NCBI GenBank assembly: GCA_036679645.1
Contig: JAZDCY010000031.1
Coordinates: 1-22,768 of the forward strand
DNA from: Gemmatimonadota bacterium
Lineage (GTDB): Bacteria > Gemmatimonadota > Gemmatimonadetes > Gemmatimonadales > GWC2-71-9
Direction: 5' to 3'
DNA length: 22,768 bases
The translations under genes were made by a program, and so were the position numbers. The notes below the pieces were generated by a model. That model was not told the DNA's origin. It was given only the letters and a program-made list of their open reading frames with translations, and did no database searches. This document shows, one piece after another, positions 1-7,864 of this stretch. Positions within the stretch are counted from its first letter, which is position 1; each line of letters begins with the position of its first letter.

Positions 1-131
<131 letters not shown>

Positions 132-2231
132 TTACGCTTTGAGCTTGCCGATGATTTCCTCGGCCTTTGCCTTGGGAATCTCGGCGTACTGTGAGAACTG
201 CATGGAGTACACGGCCCGGCCCTGCGTCGCGGAACGGAGCGTGGTGGAATACCCAAACATCTCCGCTAGAGGCACGCTGGCTCCGATAACCTGCGCCTCC
301 CCCCGTTGCGTCATGCCACCCACCTTACCGCGTCGGCTGTTGAGATCGCCGATCACATCACCCATGTAGTCCGAGGGGGTCACGACCTCTACATCCATTA
401 CCGGCTCGAGCAACACCGGCCGGGCTCTCATGACGGCCTCCTTCAATGCCATCGACCCCGCGATCTTAAACGCCATCTCGCTGGAGTCGACGTCATGCGA
501 GCTGCCGTCGATGAGTTCCACGCGGATGTCGACCAACGGATACCCGGCCAAGACCCCGCTCTCCAAGGCACCCTTGACGCCCTGCTCCACCGGACCGATG
601 AACTCTCTGGGAACAGACCCGCCGACGACCTTGTCCTCGAACACGAATCCCGCCCCCGGCTCCGCGGGCTCGAGGTTGATGACCACGTGGCCATACTGAC
701 CGCGTCCGCCCGACTGCCGCACGAACTTCCCTTCCACAGATTCCACGCGCTTGCGCACCGTTTCCCGGTAAGCAACCTGCGGCCGTCCAATGTTGGCCTC
801 GACCTTGAACTCCCGCTTCATTCGGTCGACCAGGATCTCGAGATGCAGTTCGCCCATCCCGGAGATGATCGTCTGCCCCGTTTCCGAATCCGACCGCACC
901 CGGAACGTCGGATCCTCCTCGGCGAGCTTCTGCATAGCCTGTCCGAGCTTGTCCTGATCTGCCTTTGTCTTGGGTTCGATCGCCACCGAAATGACCGGCT
1001 CCGGGAATCGCATCATCTCGAGGATAATGGGATCGGTTTGGTCGCAGAGCGTGTCGCCGGTGCCGGTGCGCTTGAGACCGATAGCGGCCGCTATGTCGCC
1101 GGCGCGCACCTCCGACACCTCTTCGCGCTTGTTCGCATGCATCTGCAGCAGACGTCCGATGCGCTCCTTGCGGTCTTTCGTCGAGTTGTAGACGTGCGCC
1201 CCCGCCTCGAGCACTCCGGAATAGACGCGGAAGAACGTCAGTTTCCCGACGTAGGGATCGGTCGCGATCTTGAACGCCAAGGCGCTGAACGGCTCGTCGT
1301 CGGCGGCCTTCCGCTCCGCGAACGTCTCGTCGTGGTGCGGTAGGTGCCCGTTGATTGCGGGGACGTCGAGCGGGCTTGGCAGGTAGTCGATGATCCCATC
1401 GAGCAGCCGCTGGACCCCTTTGTTCTTGAACGCCGCGCCACAGAAGACCGGGACTATGTGACCCTTGATGGTCGCATGGCGGATCGCCTCGCGAATCTCG
1501 TCTTCCGTCAGGCTCTCCTTACTCTCCAGGTACTTCTCGAGCAACTCTTCATGATGCTCGACCGCGGCCTCAATCAGCTCGTGACGGAGCTGCGCCACTC
1601 GGTCCTTGAAGGCGTCGGGTATATCGCTCTCGACCCACTTCACTCCCAACGACTCTTCGTCGTAAACCACCTCGACCTGGCGGACGATGTCGATCAACCC
1701 GGTGAACAACTCGCCCGACCCCAACGGATACTGGACTGGGTATGCCTTGGCCCCAAGACGCTCGCGCACCATGGCGAGGCACCGGATAAAGTCGGCTCCG
1801 ACCCGATCCATCTTGTTCACGAACACGATCCGGGGCACGCCATACCGATCTGCCTGACGCCACACGGTCTCAGTCTGCGGCTCGACACCCCCGACAGCAT
1901 CCAGCACAGTCACGGCGCCGTCGAGCACCCGCAGCGACCGCTCGACTTCAACGGTGAAGTCAACGTGTCCCGGCGTGTCGATGATGTTGATCTGGAACAA
2001 GTCGTCGAACCGCTCCCACTCGCAGTAGGTCGCGGCGGACGTGATCGTGATGCCACGCTCCTGCTCCTGCTCCATCCAGTCCATCGTAGCGGCGCCGTCG
2101 TGGACCTCACCTAGCTTGTGGGTCCGGCCCGTATAGAACAGGATACGCTCGGTAGTCGTGGTCTTCCCGGCATCAATGTGCGCCATGATGCCGATGTTCC
2201 TGATCTTCTCCAGCGCAGTGCGTCTCGCCAT
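132..2231 (-). CDS. fusA: Elongation factor G
   Basis: [48 protein letters not shown] motifs; str operon position. Start placed at ATG 2231 (MARRT..) by family length; ATG 2252 is an alternative. Confidence 0.98.
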   Translation of the reverse strand: MARRTALEKIRNIGIMAHIDAGKTTTTERILFYTGRTHKLGEVHDGAATMDWMEQEQERGITITSAATYCEWERFDDLFQINIIDTPGHVDFTVEVERSLRVLDGAVTVLDAVGGVEPQTETVWRQADRYGVPRIVFVNKMDRVGADFIRCLAMVRERLGAKAYPVQYPLGSGELFTGLIDIVRQVEVVYDEESLGVKWVESDIPDAFKDRVAQLRHELIEAAVEHHEELLEKYLESKESLTEDEIREAIRHATIKGHIVPVFCGAAFKNKGVQRLLDGIIDYLPSPLDVPAINGHLPHHDETFAERKAADDEPFSALAFKIATDPYVGKLTFFRVYSGVLEAGAHVYNSTKDRKERIGRLLQMHANKREEVSEVRAGDIAAAIGLKRTGTGDTLCDQTDPIILEMMRFPEPVISVAIEPKTKADQDKLGQAMQKLAEEDPTFRVRSDSETGQTIISGMGELHLEILVDRMKREFKVEANIGRPQVAYRETVRKRVESVEGKFVRQSGGRGQYGHVVINLEPAEPGAGFVFEDKVVGGSVPREFIGPVEQGVKGALESGVLAGYPLVDIRVELIDGSSHDVDSSEMAFKIAGSMALKEAVMRARPVLLEPVMDVEVVTPSDYMGDVIGDLNSRRGKVGGMTQRGEAQVIGASVPLAEMFGYSTTLRSATQGRAVYSMQFSQYAEIPKAKAEEIIGKLKA

Positions 2232-2306
2232 ATCACGTAGTGCTGTCGTCATTCCTCTGTTCCGTAGCTGCCGTATTCCTGCCGCGCGGCCGCAGTCGCC
2301 GCCGGC

Positions 2307-2407
2307 ACGAAAAACGCGGGGCGACCGTCATCCGTGCTTGGACAGGTCTCGCTCCGCTTTCGTCCGGGTCCAACCCTGCGACGCAGGATCCCTTGTGGCA
2401 GGGACCC
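2307..2407 (-). promoter_or_regulatory. Putative structured cis-regulatory RNA in the rpsG-fusA spacer
   Basis: Hairpin GGGTCCCT-GCCACA-AGGGATCC (2407-2386); hairpin CCTGC-GTC-GCAGG (2387-2375); long interrupted stem 2363-2345 / 2326-2307; TTGGAC (2373-2368) is complementary to GTCCAA (2343-2338) in that stem's loop. Confidence 0.5.
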
Positions 2408-2435
2408 CCGGGATTGTCTGTTTACTCGTTGCTGT

Positions 2436-2906
2436 CTACCACCGGTAGTGGGCGAACGCGCGGTTCGCTTCCGCCATCCGGTGCGTGTCTTCCTTTTTCT
2501 TGATTGAGCTCCCCTCGCCCTTCGAGGCGAGGATCAACTCCGCTGCCAGGCGCTCCGCCATTGACCGCTCACTGCGCGCGCGCGTGTAGGACAGAATCCA
2601 GCGCGTCGCAAGCGCGGTCCGTCGGTCCGGGCGCACCTCCACCGGGACCTGATAGGTGGCCCCGCCGACGCGGCGGCTCTTCACCTCGAGCGTCGGTTTG
2701 ACGTTGTTCAACGCCTGCTTGAACACGTTCACGCCCGGCTGGCCGGTCCGTTGCTCGATAAGGTCCATCGCATTGTAGAACACCCGCTCCGACAACGACT
2801 TCTTTCCATCCAACATCAGATTGCAAACGAACTTCGACACGGTCTGACTGTCGTAGCGCGGATCCGGCGGTACCGTACGCTTGACGGCCCGCTGCCGCCG
2901 GCTCAT
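2436..2906 (-). CDS. rpsG: 30S ribosomal protein S7
   Basis: 156 aa; [15 protein letters not shown] and [15 protein letters not shown]; 4-bp ATGA overlap with rpsL. Confidence 0.99.
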   Translation of the reverse strand: MSRRQRAVKRTVPPDPRYDSQTVSKFVCNLMLDGKKSLSERVFYNAMDLIEQRTGQPGVNVFKQALNNVKPTLEVKSRRVGGATYQVPVEVRPDRRTALATRWILSYTRARSERSMAERLAAELILASKGEGSSIKKKEDTHRMAEANRAFAHYRW

Positions 2907-3274
2907 CTGGGCCTCTTCGTGCCGTACTTTGATCGACTCTGTTTGCGGTCCGTCACTCCGGCAGCGTCCAGCGTGCCCCGGATGATATGGTACCGCACAC
3001 CCGGCAGATCTTTCACACGCCCGCCTCGGATGAGCACGATGCTGTGCTCCTGCAGGTTATGCCCTTCGCCAGGGATGTAGCTCGTCACTTCGAAGCCGTT
3101 GGTGAGCCGCACGCGCGCGACCTTCCGAAGAGCCGAGTTCGGCTTCTTGGGCGTGGTCGTATACACACGAGTGCAGACGCCGCGCTTCTGGGGACTCCCC
3201 TTGAGCGCGGGCACCTTGTCGATCTTGGCGACAGTCTTCCGCCCTTGGCGGATGAGCTGGTTGATGGTGGGCAT
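2903..3274 (-). CDS. rpsL: 30S ribosomal protein S12
   Basis: [30 protein letters not shown] motifs; GAGG just upstream. Confidence 0.99.
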   Translation of the reverse strand: MPTINQLIRQGRKTVAKIDKVPALKGSPQKRGVCTRVYTTTPKKPNSALRKVARVRLTNGFEVTSYIPGEGHNLQEHSIVLIRGGRVKDLPGVRYHIIRGTLDAAGVTDRKQSRSKYGTKRPR

Positions 3275-3323
3275 GACCTCGTCCGGCAGCGCCGGCTAAA
3301 TCCGGTTCAAATACAGACTTGAG

Positions 3324-3352
3324 AATGTACTGAAGCCCGGGCGCCCGATCAA
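3324..3352 (-). promoter_or_regulatory. sigma70-type promoter of the str operon
   Basis: Minus strand TTGATC (3352-3347), 17-nt spacer, TACATT (3329-3324), about 50 nt upstream of the rpsL ATG. Confidence 0.75.
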
Positions 3353-3654
3353 GGGCCGGGGGGATCTCCATGGCCAGTGAGGTCTATCCGGGCTGCTTCG
3401 CGGCGGCACTTGGGGCACTCAACGGAGAAGCGGTGAACATCCTCGAAACCGCGGTAACGGACTCCCTGCAGAGCCTGGTCGCCCCTTTCGACCTCCCGGC
3501 CGATTGCGTTGTAAACCTCGAGCGTTGACCCGTCACATGGGCAGGTAAGTCGGTTCAGCCCGCTACTCGTTGCTTGATCTCGAATGGCCGCAACATGCTC
3601 ATGGGAGTAGTTGGGCTTCTCGGTCGGCATCATTGCCCTCGGTTGGTGGCCCAT
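3349..3654 (-). CDS. Small hypothetical protein with CPCD...CPKC motifs (possible zinc ribbon)
   Basis: C-terminal part of ORF 3349..3849, whose upstream part overlaps the 3680..4003 gene. Start at ATG 3654 (AGGAG upstream) or 3633/3630 (GAGG upstream). Protein-like composition with two Cys knuckles. Confidence 0.6.
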   Translation of the reverse strand: MGHQPRAMMPTEKPNYSHEHVAAIRDQATSSGLNRLTCPCDGSTLEVYNAIGREVERGDQALQGVRYRGFEDVHRFSVECPKCRREAARIDLTGHGDPPGP

Positions 3655-3679
3655 TACCGGCGGATCTCCTAGTGATCCC

Positions 3680-4003
3680 CTAGTTCGCCACGTACTCGAG
3701 CGTGATACGGCGGACAGGTTGGCTCGGTGACGGCGCACCGCTCCGGGTGCTGCGAACGGTGTCCCCTGCCCCTGCCGGAAGGTCTGTGAAGAAGAGTCGC
3801 GCGCCGGCCCACACCTGCCGGGTGGTGGAATCGCGCACGACAGACGCAACGGCGCTATCGATTTGTGCCGGTCGCATGGGCGCAGGCAACACGAACACCG
3901 ACACCCGCGCTCTTGCCCTATGCTGGGCGGCCGCGCCTTTGGGGCACAGTGTCGAGCCAGCCAAGATGGTGGCTCCTATAATGAATACTCGCAGCCATCG
4001 CAT
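3680..4003 (-). CDS. Secreted hypothetical protein (Sec signal peptide, C-terminal RITLEYVAN beta-strand)
   Basis: GGAGA RBS; signal peptide MRWLRVFIIGATILAGSTLCPKGAAA|Q. The N-terminal ARARVSVFV and C-terminal alternating strand ending in Y-x-x-N resemble DUF4402/Csu-like subunits (resemblance only). Confidence 0.7.
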   Translation of the reverse strand: MRWLRVFIIGATILAGSTLCPKGAAAQHRARARVSVFVLPAPMRPAQIDSAVASVVRDSTTRQVWAGARLFFTDLPAGAGDTVRSTRSGAPSPSQPVRRITLEYVAN

Positions 4004-4057
4004 GGTCTTCTCCGGGCGTCCAGCCGAGGGTTGAGCCCCTCGACTGCCCCGGGTAAA

Positions 4058-4073
4058 TGCACCACGGATGCCG
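4058..4073 (-). promoter_or_regulatory. Putative sigma54 (-24/-12) promoter for the 4003 gene
   Basis: Minus strand CGGCATCCGTGGTGCA has exact GG-N10-GC spacing and is close to the TGGCAC-N5-TTGCW consensus; about 55 nt upstream of ATG 4003, in a 380-bp intergenic region. Confidence 0.6.
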
Positions 4074-4088
4074 CGTCACTGCGGTCTT

Positions 4089-4113
4089 CAAATGCTTATA
4101 TGACAACGTGTTA
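4089..4113. promoter_or_regulatory. IHF-like/AT-rich 25-bp site upstream of the sigma54 promoter
   Basis: Minus strand TAACACGTTGTCATATAAGCATTTG; contains CAA-N4-TTA on the plus strand and AA-N4-TTG on the minus strand; an aligned copy occurs at 22680-22704. Confidence 0.5.
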
Positions 4114-4387
4114 GGTGTCTCTCGCACATCTCGGTCGGACCGACCAACTGTAAAGGTTCTTAACGCCAAACAGGGGTCGGAGATGGAAGTGTCGCCACCT
4201 GAGGGGGTTGCAGTAATGTCTCGACGGGTCGCGCGGTGTTAAGGAACTGAGCGGTCCGCCGGCCCACGCCCCGGGCGACGAGCCAACCCGAGTTCCCCTA
4301 TCCTTTACATAGGGGTCAGTCGAGAGATCCCGAGGTCCAACGAATTCTTCGAGAATTCCGACCGCGGCGAGGACTGAAGGGGACTCG

Positions 4388-4834
4388 CTATTCGAGATAC
4401 ACGTAAATGTTGCGACTGGTAACGCGGATCGTGCTACCCCGATAGATCCGGCCCACAGCGGTTATGACCGCGCGGTTGCGTCCCGTCACACGCGCGCGTA
4501 TCACGCCTTCTCGGCCCGTCCGGGCTCGTCGCCGATTCCCATACGCCACCCACCGATACCGCACGAACTCGTGCCTGCGAAAACTGAAGCCGTCCGGAAG
4601 GCTCGCGACGAGATCGGACGGCACGGTCCCCCAACGGGCGGTACGTGGGAACGCCTGCGCACCGGCGTAGTAGTCGAGTAGCGCCTCACGAATGATGCCC
4701 AAGTCAGCCACCACCGCCGCCGCCGTCGCCCGATCCCGCATGCGCCATGAGACGGGAACCGCGATGTTGGCCAGGATGCCGAGGATGACCACGGCGATCA
4801 ACGTCTCGATGAGTGTGAATCCACGCCGGCTCAT
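4388..4834 (-). CDS. Type IV pilin / T2SS pseudopilin with class III signal peptide
   Basis: MSRRG|FTLIETLIAVVILGILANIAVP: G-1/F+1 cleavage site, E+5, hydrophobic helix, Pro near position 22; ATGA overlap with the upstream gene. Confidence 0.92.
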   Translation of the reverse strand: MSRRGFTLIETLIAVVILGILANIAVPVSWRMRDRATAAAVVADLGIIREALLDYYAGAQAFPRTARWGTVPSDLVASLPDGFSFRRHEFVRYRWVAYGNRRRARTGREGVIRARVTGRNRAVITAVGRIYRGSTIRVTSRNIYVYLE

Positions 4835-5304
4835 TTTCTCTCCTCGAACTGTGCCTCCAACGCTCCCTCGAGGGGAGCGGTGTCCTCACCATCGCGGTAG
4901 ATGATGCTGACGGAAGATGCGAGTCCCGTCTGCAGCGTGTACGCGTTGCCCTCCAGCGTGTAAGTGACATCCTCTTCGTACACGCCGACCGTAATCAGGT
5001 CGGGGGGAAGTCGCCCCGTGGAGTCCCGATACGTCTCGATCTCGTCGATGGCCAGCAAGATGCCCTCGTAGAGTTCCGCCGCCGTTTCACGTCGGGCAGC
5101 AGCCGCATCCGGCTCGGTAGGCCTACGCGCGACGTTCCACGCCGTGAGCCCGATCAACGCAATCGATAGGACAATCAACCGTGGGACCGGATTCTTCCTT
5201 CGCCGTACCTGCCTCGGTGCCTGGGCCGCGATCTCGGCCTCCCGCTCCATGATCTCGTCGACGTAGGCACTCCCGGATTCAGGTGACTCGGGTACATCCT
5301 TCAT
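4831..5304 (-). CDS. Bitopic membrane protein with a GspG/pseudopilin-like outer domain
   Basis: GAGGA RBS before ATG 5304; basic RRRK then one TM (LIVLSIALIGLTAWNV); AIDEIETYRDSTGRLPPDL resembles the GspG 'ALxxYxxDxGxYP' helix-loop; no GFxxxE motif. Confidence 0.7.
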   Translation of the reverse strand: MKDVPESPESGSAYVDEIMEREAEIAAQAPRQVRRRKNPVPRLIVLSIALIGLTAWNVARRPTEPDAAAARRETAAELYEGILLAIDEIETYRDSTGRLPPDLITVGVYEEDVTYTLEGNAYTLQTGLASSVSIIYRDGEDTAPLEGALEAQFEERK

Positions 5305-5328
5305 GATCAATTCCTCGTGGCACTATCC

Positions 5329-7509
5329 TTACGCGTATGCGCGACGCAGTGTCGCCTTCACTCGAACGACGAAGCTCGCGGGATCGATCGGCTTGCGGAT
5401 ATAGTCATCCGCACCCTCCTCCATGAGCTGGATTTCCGTCTGCACATCCGCGGTCGCGGTCATCACGATGACCGGGAGGGCGGCGGTGGCCGGTGCGGCT
5501 CGAATGCGGGCCAACACATCGCGCCCGTCCATGTCTGGCATCGTGAGATCGAGGATCATGAGGTCGTAGTCCTCTTCACCTCGGACCAGCTCGAGGGCCT
5601 CATTGCCTCCGGTCGCTTCGGTGACGCAGTACCCTTCCTTTTCGAGCAAGGCGCGGGCGATCGTGCGATATGCTCCGTCGTCATCCACGAGGGCGACACG
5701 GAAACCGCTTGCCTCGACCGACGACGGCGGGACCACTGTGCGCGACGCGCGAAGCAGCGACGCACGGGTTGCCCGGGAGGCTCGTCGCACGGGCGGCTCC
5801 GCTTGCGTAGACGGCTCGTCTTCCCCGACGTCGCCGAGTACGCGCTCGATCTCTTCGAGCGTCGTGTCGCCGTTCCGCACCAACTCGGCTCCTGCCTCCC
5901 GCAACGTGCGCATCCCGCCGGCGCGCGCTGCATCGGCGAGTTCTAGTGATGTTGGTCCGCGCAGGACGAGATCCTCCACGGCGGGGGTCATCGTGAAGAC
6001 CTCGATCACCGGTATGCGACCGCGATACCCGGTGCGTCCGCACCGGTCACACCCGACGGCGCGCACGACTGGCCGCACGCCAAAGGGCTCGGCGAGGCGC
6101 TCTTCCTCGTCGGTGAGCGCGCCTTCGACCGGCGCGGAGCATTCCGGGCACACGCGCCGTGCTAAGCGCTGGGCAATTGCGCCACGCAGCGTGTCGACGA
6201 TCGATGCCGCATCGAGGCCGAGGTCAGTGAGCCGTCTGATCGCGCCCAGCGCGTCGTTGGTGTGCAGCGTTGCCAGAACCAGGTGTCCGGTCAGGCTCGC
6301 CTGGACGGCGACCTCCGCCGTTTCCTGATCGCGTATCTCACCGACGAAGATGATATCGGGATCCTGACGGAGGATCGCCCGCAGCGCCGATGCAAAGGTC
6401 ACGCCCTGCTTGTTTTCCACCTGCATCTGGGTCAGTCCGGGAAGCTCGTACTCGACGGGGTCCTCAACGGTCATGATGTTCACGTCTTCCGTTGAGAGAT
6501 CCCGCAACGCCCCGTACATGGTTGTGGTTTTCCCGGATCCCGTGGGTCCGGTCACCACGACAATCCCGTCCCGGTTGGTGAGGAGGCGCCGGAACGTGCT
6601 CAGCTCGCGTGGCGGTAGCCCAACCTCGTCCAGACCTCCGACGCCTTCCGTATCCAGCACGCGAATGACCGCCTTTTCCACCGTGCGGGTCGGAATGGTC
6701 GAAATGCGCAGGTCGTAATTCCGGTCGCCGATGCGCACGCGTGCTCGTCCGTCCTGTGGACGGAGCCGGTCGGCAATGTCCATGTTTCCCAGAACTTTGA
6801 TACGGGAAACGACCCGCGCGAGCGCGGGCATTGGCATCCGCATGTAAGTGCGCAGCACACCGTCAACCCGGAAGCGCACGACGCCTCCACCTCTCCCTGG
6901 TTGAATGTGGATGTCACTCGCCTTTTGGCCGATGGCATCCCGAAGGATGAGATTGGTCAACTTGATGACAGGTGCGCCGTCGGCCTTCTCGGGCGTGACC
7001 GCTTCGGGACCGATCTCCTCGACGACACGTACAGCTCCCTCGACCTCGGTGTCCACATGGGACAAGAGCGACTCGACGACTTTGTCGGGCGCGTAGGCGG
7101 CGTCAATAGCGTCCCGCACACGCGCCGGCGGCGCGACCTCCATGATCGGTTGCCGTCCGGAGGCAAAGCCGAGGGCCTGCTCTACTTCGAGATCCGCGGG
7201 GTCGCTGGTTGCCACGACCAGTTGCCGGTAGTCCGCGCGGAGGGGAAAGACATCGTATTTCTGTGCAAGGTTCCCCGGGACCAGTTTCGTCGCGGTAGGC
7301 TCAGCGGATTCGAAATCCGCAGTCGCGAGCCGAAAATGCTTGGCAACAAGTTGTGCCAAGCCGTCCAGGGTCAGGCCACAGTGCCCAGAAACCGTCTGCC
7401 ATGCTTCCGCGGGTGACAGATCAGGCTCCAGAGACAGCGACGCGGCATGCTCCAGTGCGGCGCGCTCCGCCACCGTGACGAGCCAGCCGAGCGATCTGCG
7501 ACTAGCCAT
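5329..7509 (-). CDS. PilB/GspE-family assembly ATPase fused to a C-terminal receiver domain
   Basis: ASDIHI, Walker A GPTGSGKTTT, Asp box TVEDPVEY, Walker B LRQDPDIIFVGEIRD, His box TGHLVLATLHTN, CPEC/CDRC zinc motif. C-terminal REC (5329-5703) has LVDDD, ILDLTMP, VMTA, RKP. Confidence 0.95.
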   Translation of the reverse strand: MASRRSLGWLVTVAERAALEHAASLSLEPDLSPAEAWQTVSGHCGLTLDGLAQLVAKHFRLATADFESAEPTATKLVPGNLAQKYDVFPLRADYRQLVVATSDPADLEVEQALGFASGRQPIMEVAPPARVRDAIDAAYAPDKVVESLLSHVDTEVEGAVRVVEEIGPEAVTPEKADGAPVIKLTNLILRDAIGQKASDIHIQPGRGGGVVRFRVDGVLRTYMRMPMPALARVVSRIKVLGNMDIADRLRPQDGRARVRIGDRNYDLRISTIPTRTVEKAVIRVLDTEGVGGLDEVGLPPRELSTFRRLLTNRDGIVVVTGPTGSGKTTTMYGALRDLSTEDVNIMTVEDPVEYELPGLTQMQVENKQGVTFASALRAILRQDPDIIFVGEIRDQETAEVAVQASLTGHLVLATLHTNDALGAIRRLTDLGLDAASIVDTLRGAIAQRLARRVCPECSAPVEGALTDEEERLAEPFGVRPVVRAVGCDRCGRTGYRGRIPVIEVFTMTPAVEDLVLRGPTSLELADAARAGGMRTLREAGAELVRNGDTTLEEIERVLGDVGEDEPSTQAEPPVRRASRATRASLLRASRTVVPPSSVEASGFRVALVDDDGAYRTIARALLEKEGYCVTEATGGNEALELVRGEEDYDLMILDLTMPDMDGRDVLARIRAAPATAALPVIVMTATADVQTEIQLMEEGADDYIRKPIDPASFVVRVKATLRRAYA

Positions 7510-7864
7510 CTTCGTCCGTCGGCTCGAGGTACCTGGTGACCGCGTCGAACTCGTCGCGTATGAGCTCCCAGAGACTCACCACACGCTCTTGGTTGTTTTC
7601 GTTTCCCGCCAACTCCGCCTGGCTCGCCAACTCGGCGAGTGTCTGTGCGCGGATCGATCCGGACGTAGACTTCAAGGCGTGCGCGGTCTTGGCCGCGCCA
7701 GCCGTATCGCCCGCGGCCACAGCCTCACCGAGCTGCGCGACGATTCCAGGTGTTTCGTCGAGATAGGTGGCGAGGGCCTGATCAACGATCTCCTCGATTC
7801 CCGCCTCACGCATCTCGGCGCGAAACGAAACGAGGTCGACGGGCGGTCTCTCGTCAGCGGTCAT
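7502..7864 (-). CDS. Stand-alone histidine phosphotransfer (Hpt) protein
   Basis: 120 aa helical protein with [11 protein letters not shown] (HxLKS/G motif); overlaps both neighbours (8 and 11 bp). Confidence 0.93.
   Translation of the reverse strand: MTADERPPVDLVSFRAEMREAGIEEIVDQALATYLDETPGIVAQLGEAVAAGDTAGAAKTAHALKSTSGSIRAQTLAELASQAELAGNENNQERVVSLWELIRDEFDAVTRYLEPTDEDG

Noticed and set aside
306..2114. Plus-strand ORFs of 345 and 256 aa
   Set aside because: Antisense shadows of fusA.
2903..3274. Streptomycin-resistance alleles of rpsL
   Set aside because: PKKPNS and RVKDLPG are wild-type at both lysines.
4025..4042. Hairpin CGAGGG-N6-CCCTCG as a terminator
   Set aside because: No U-tract on either strand, and it lies in the predicted 5' UTR of the 4003 gene; at most a 5' stabiliser.
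7400..7509. MshEN c-di-GMP-binding motif in the ATPase N-terminus
   Set aside because: RSLGWLVTVAER does not fit RLGxxLxxxG, and no second repeat is visible.
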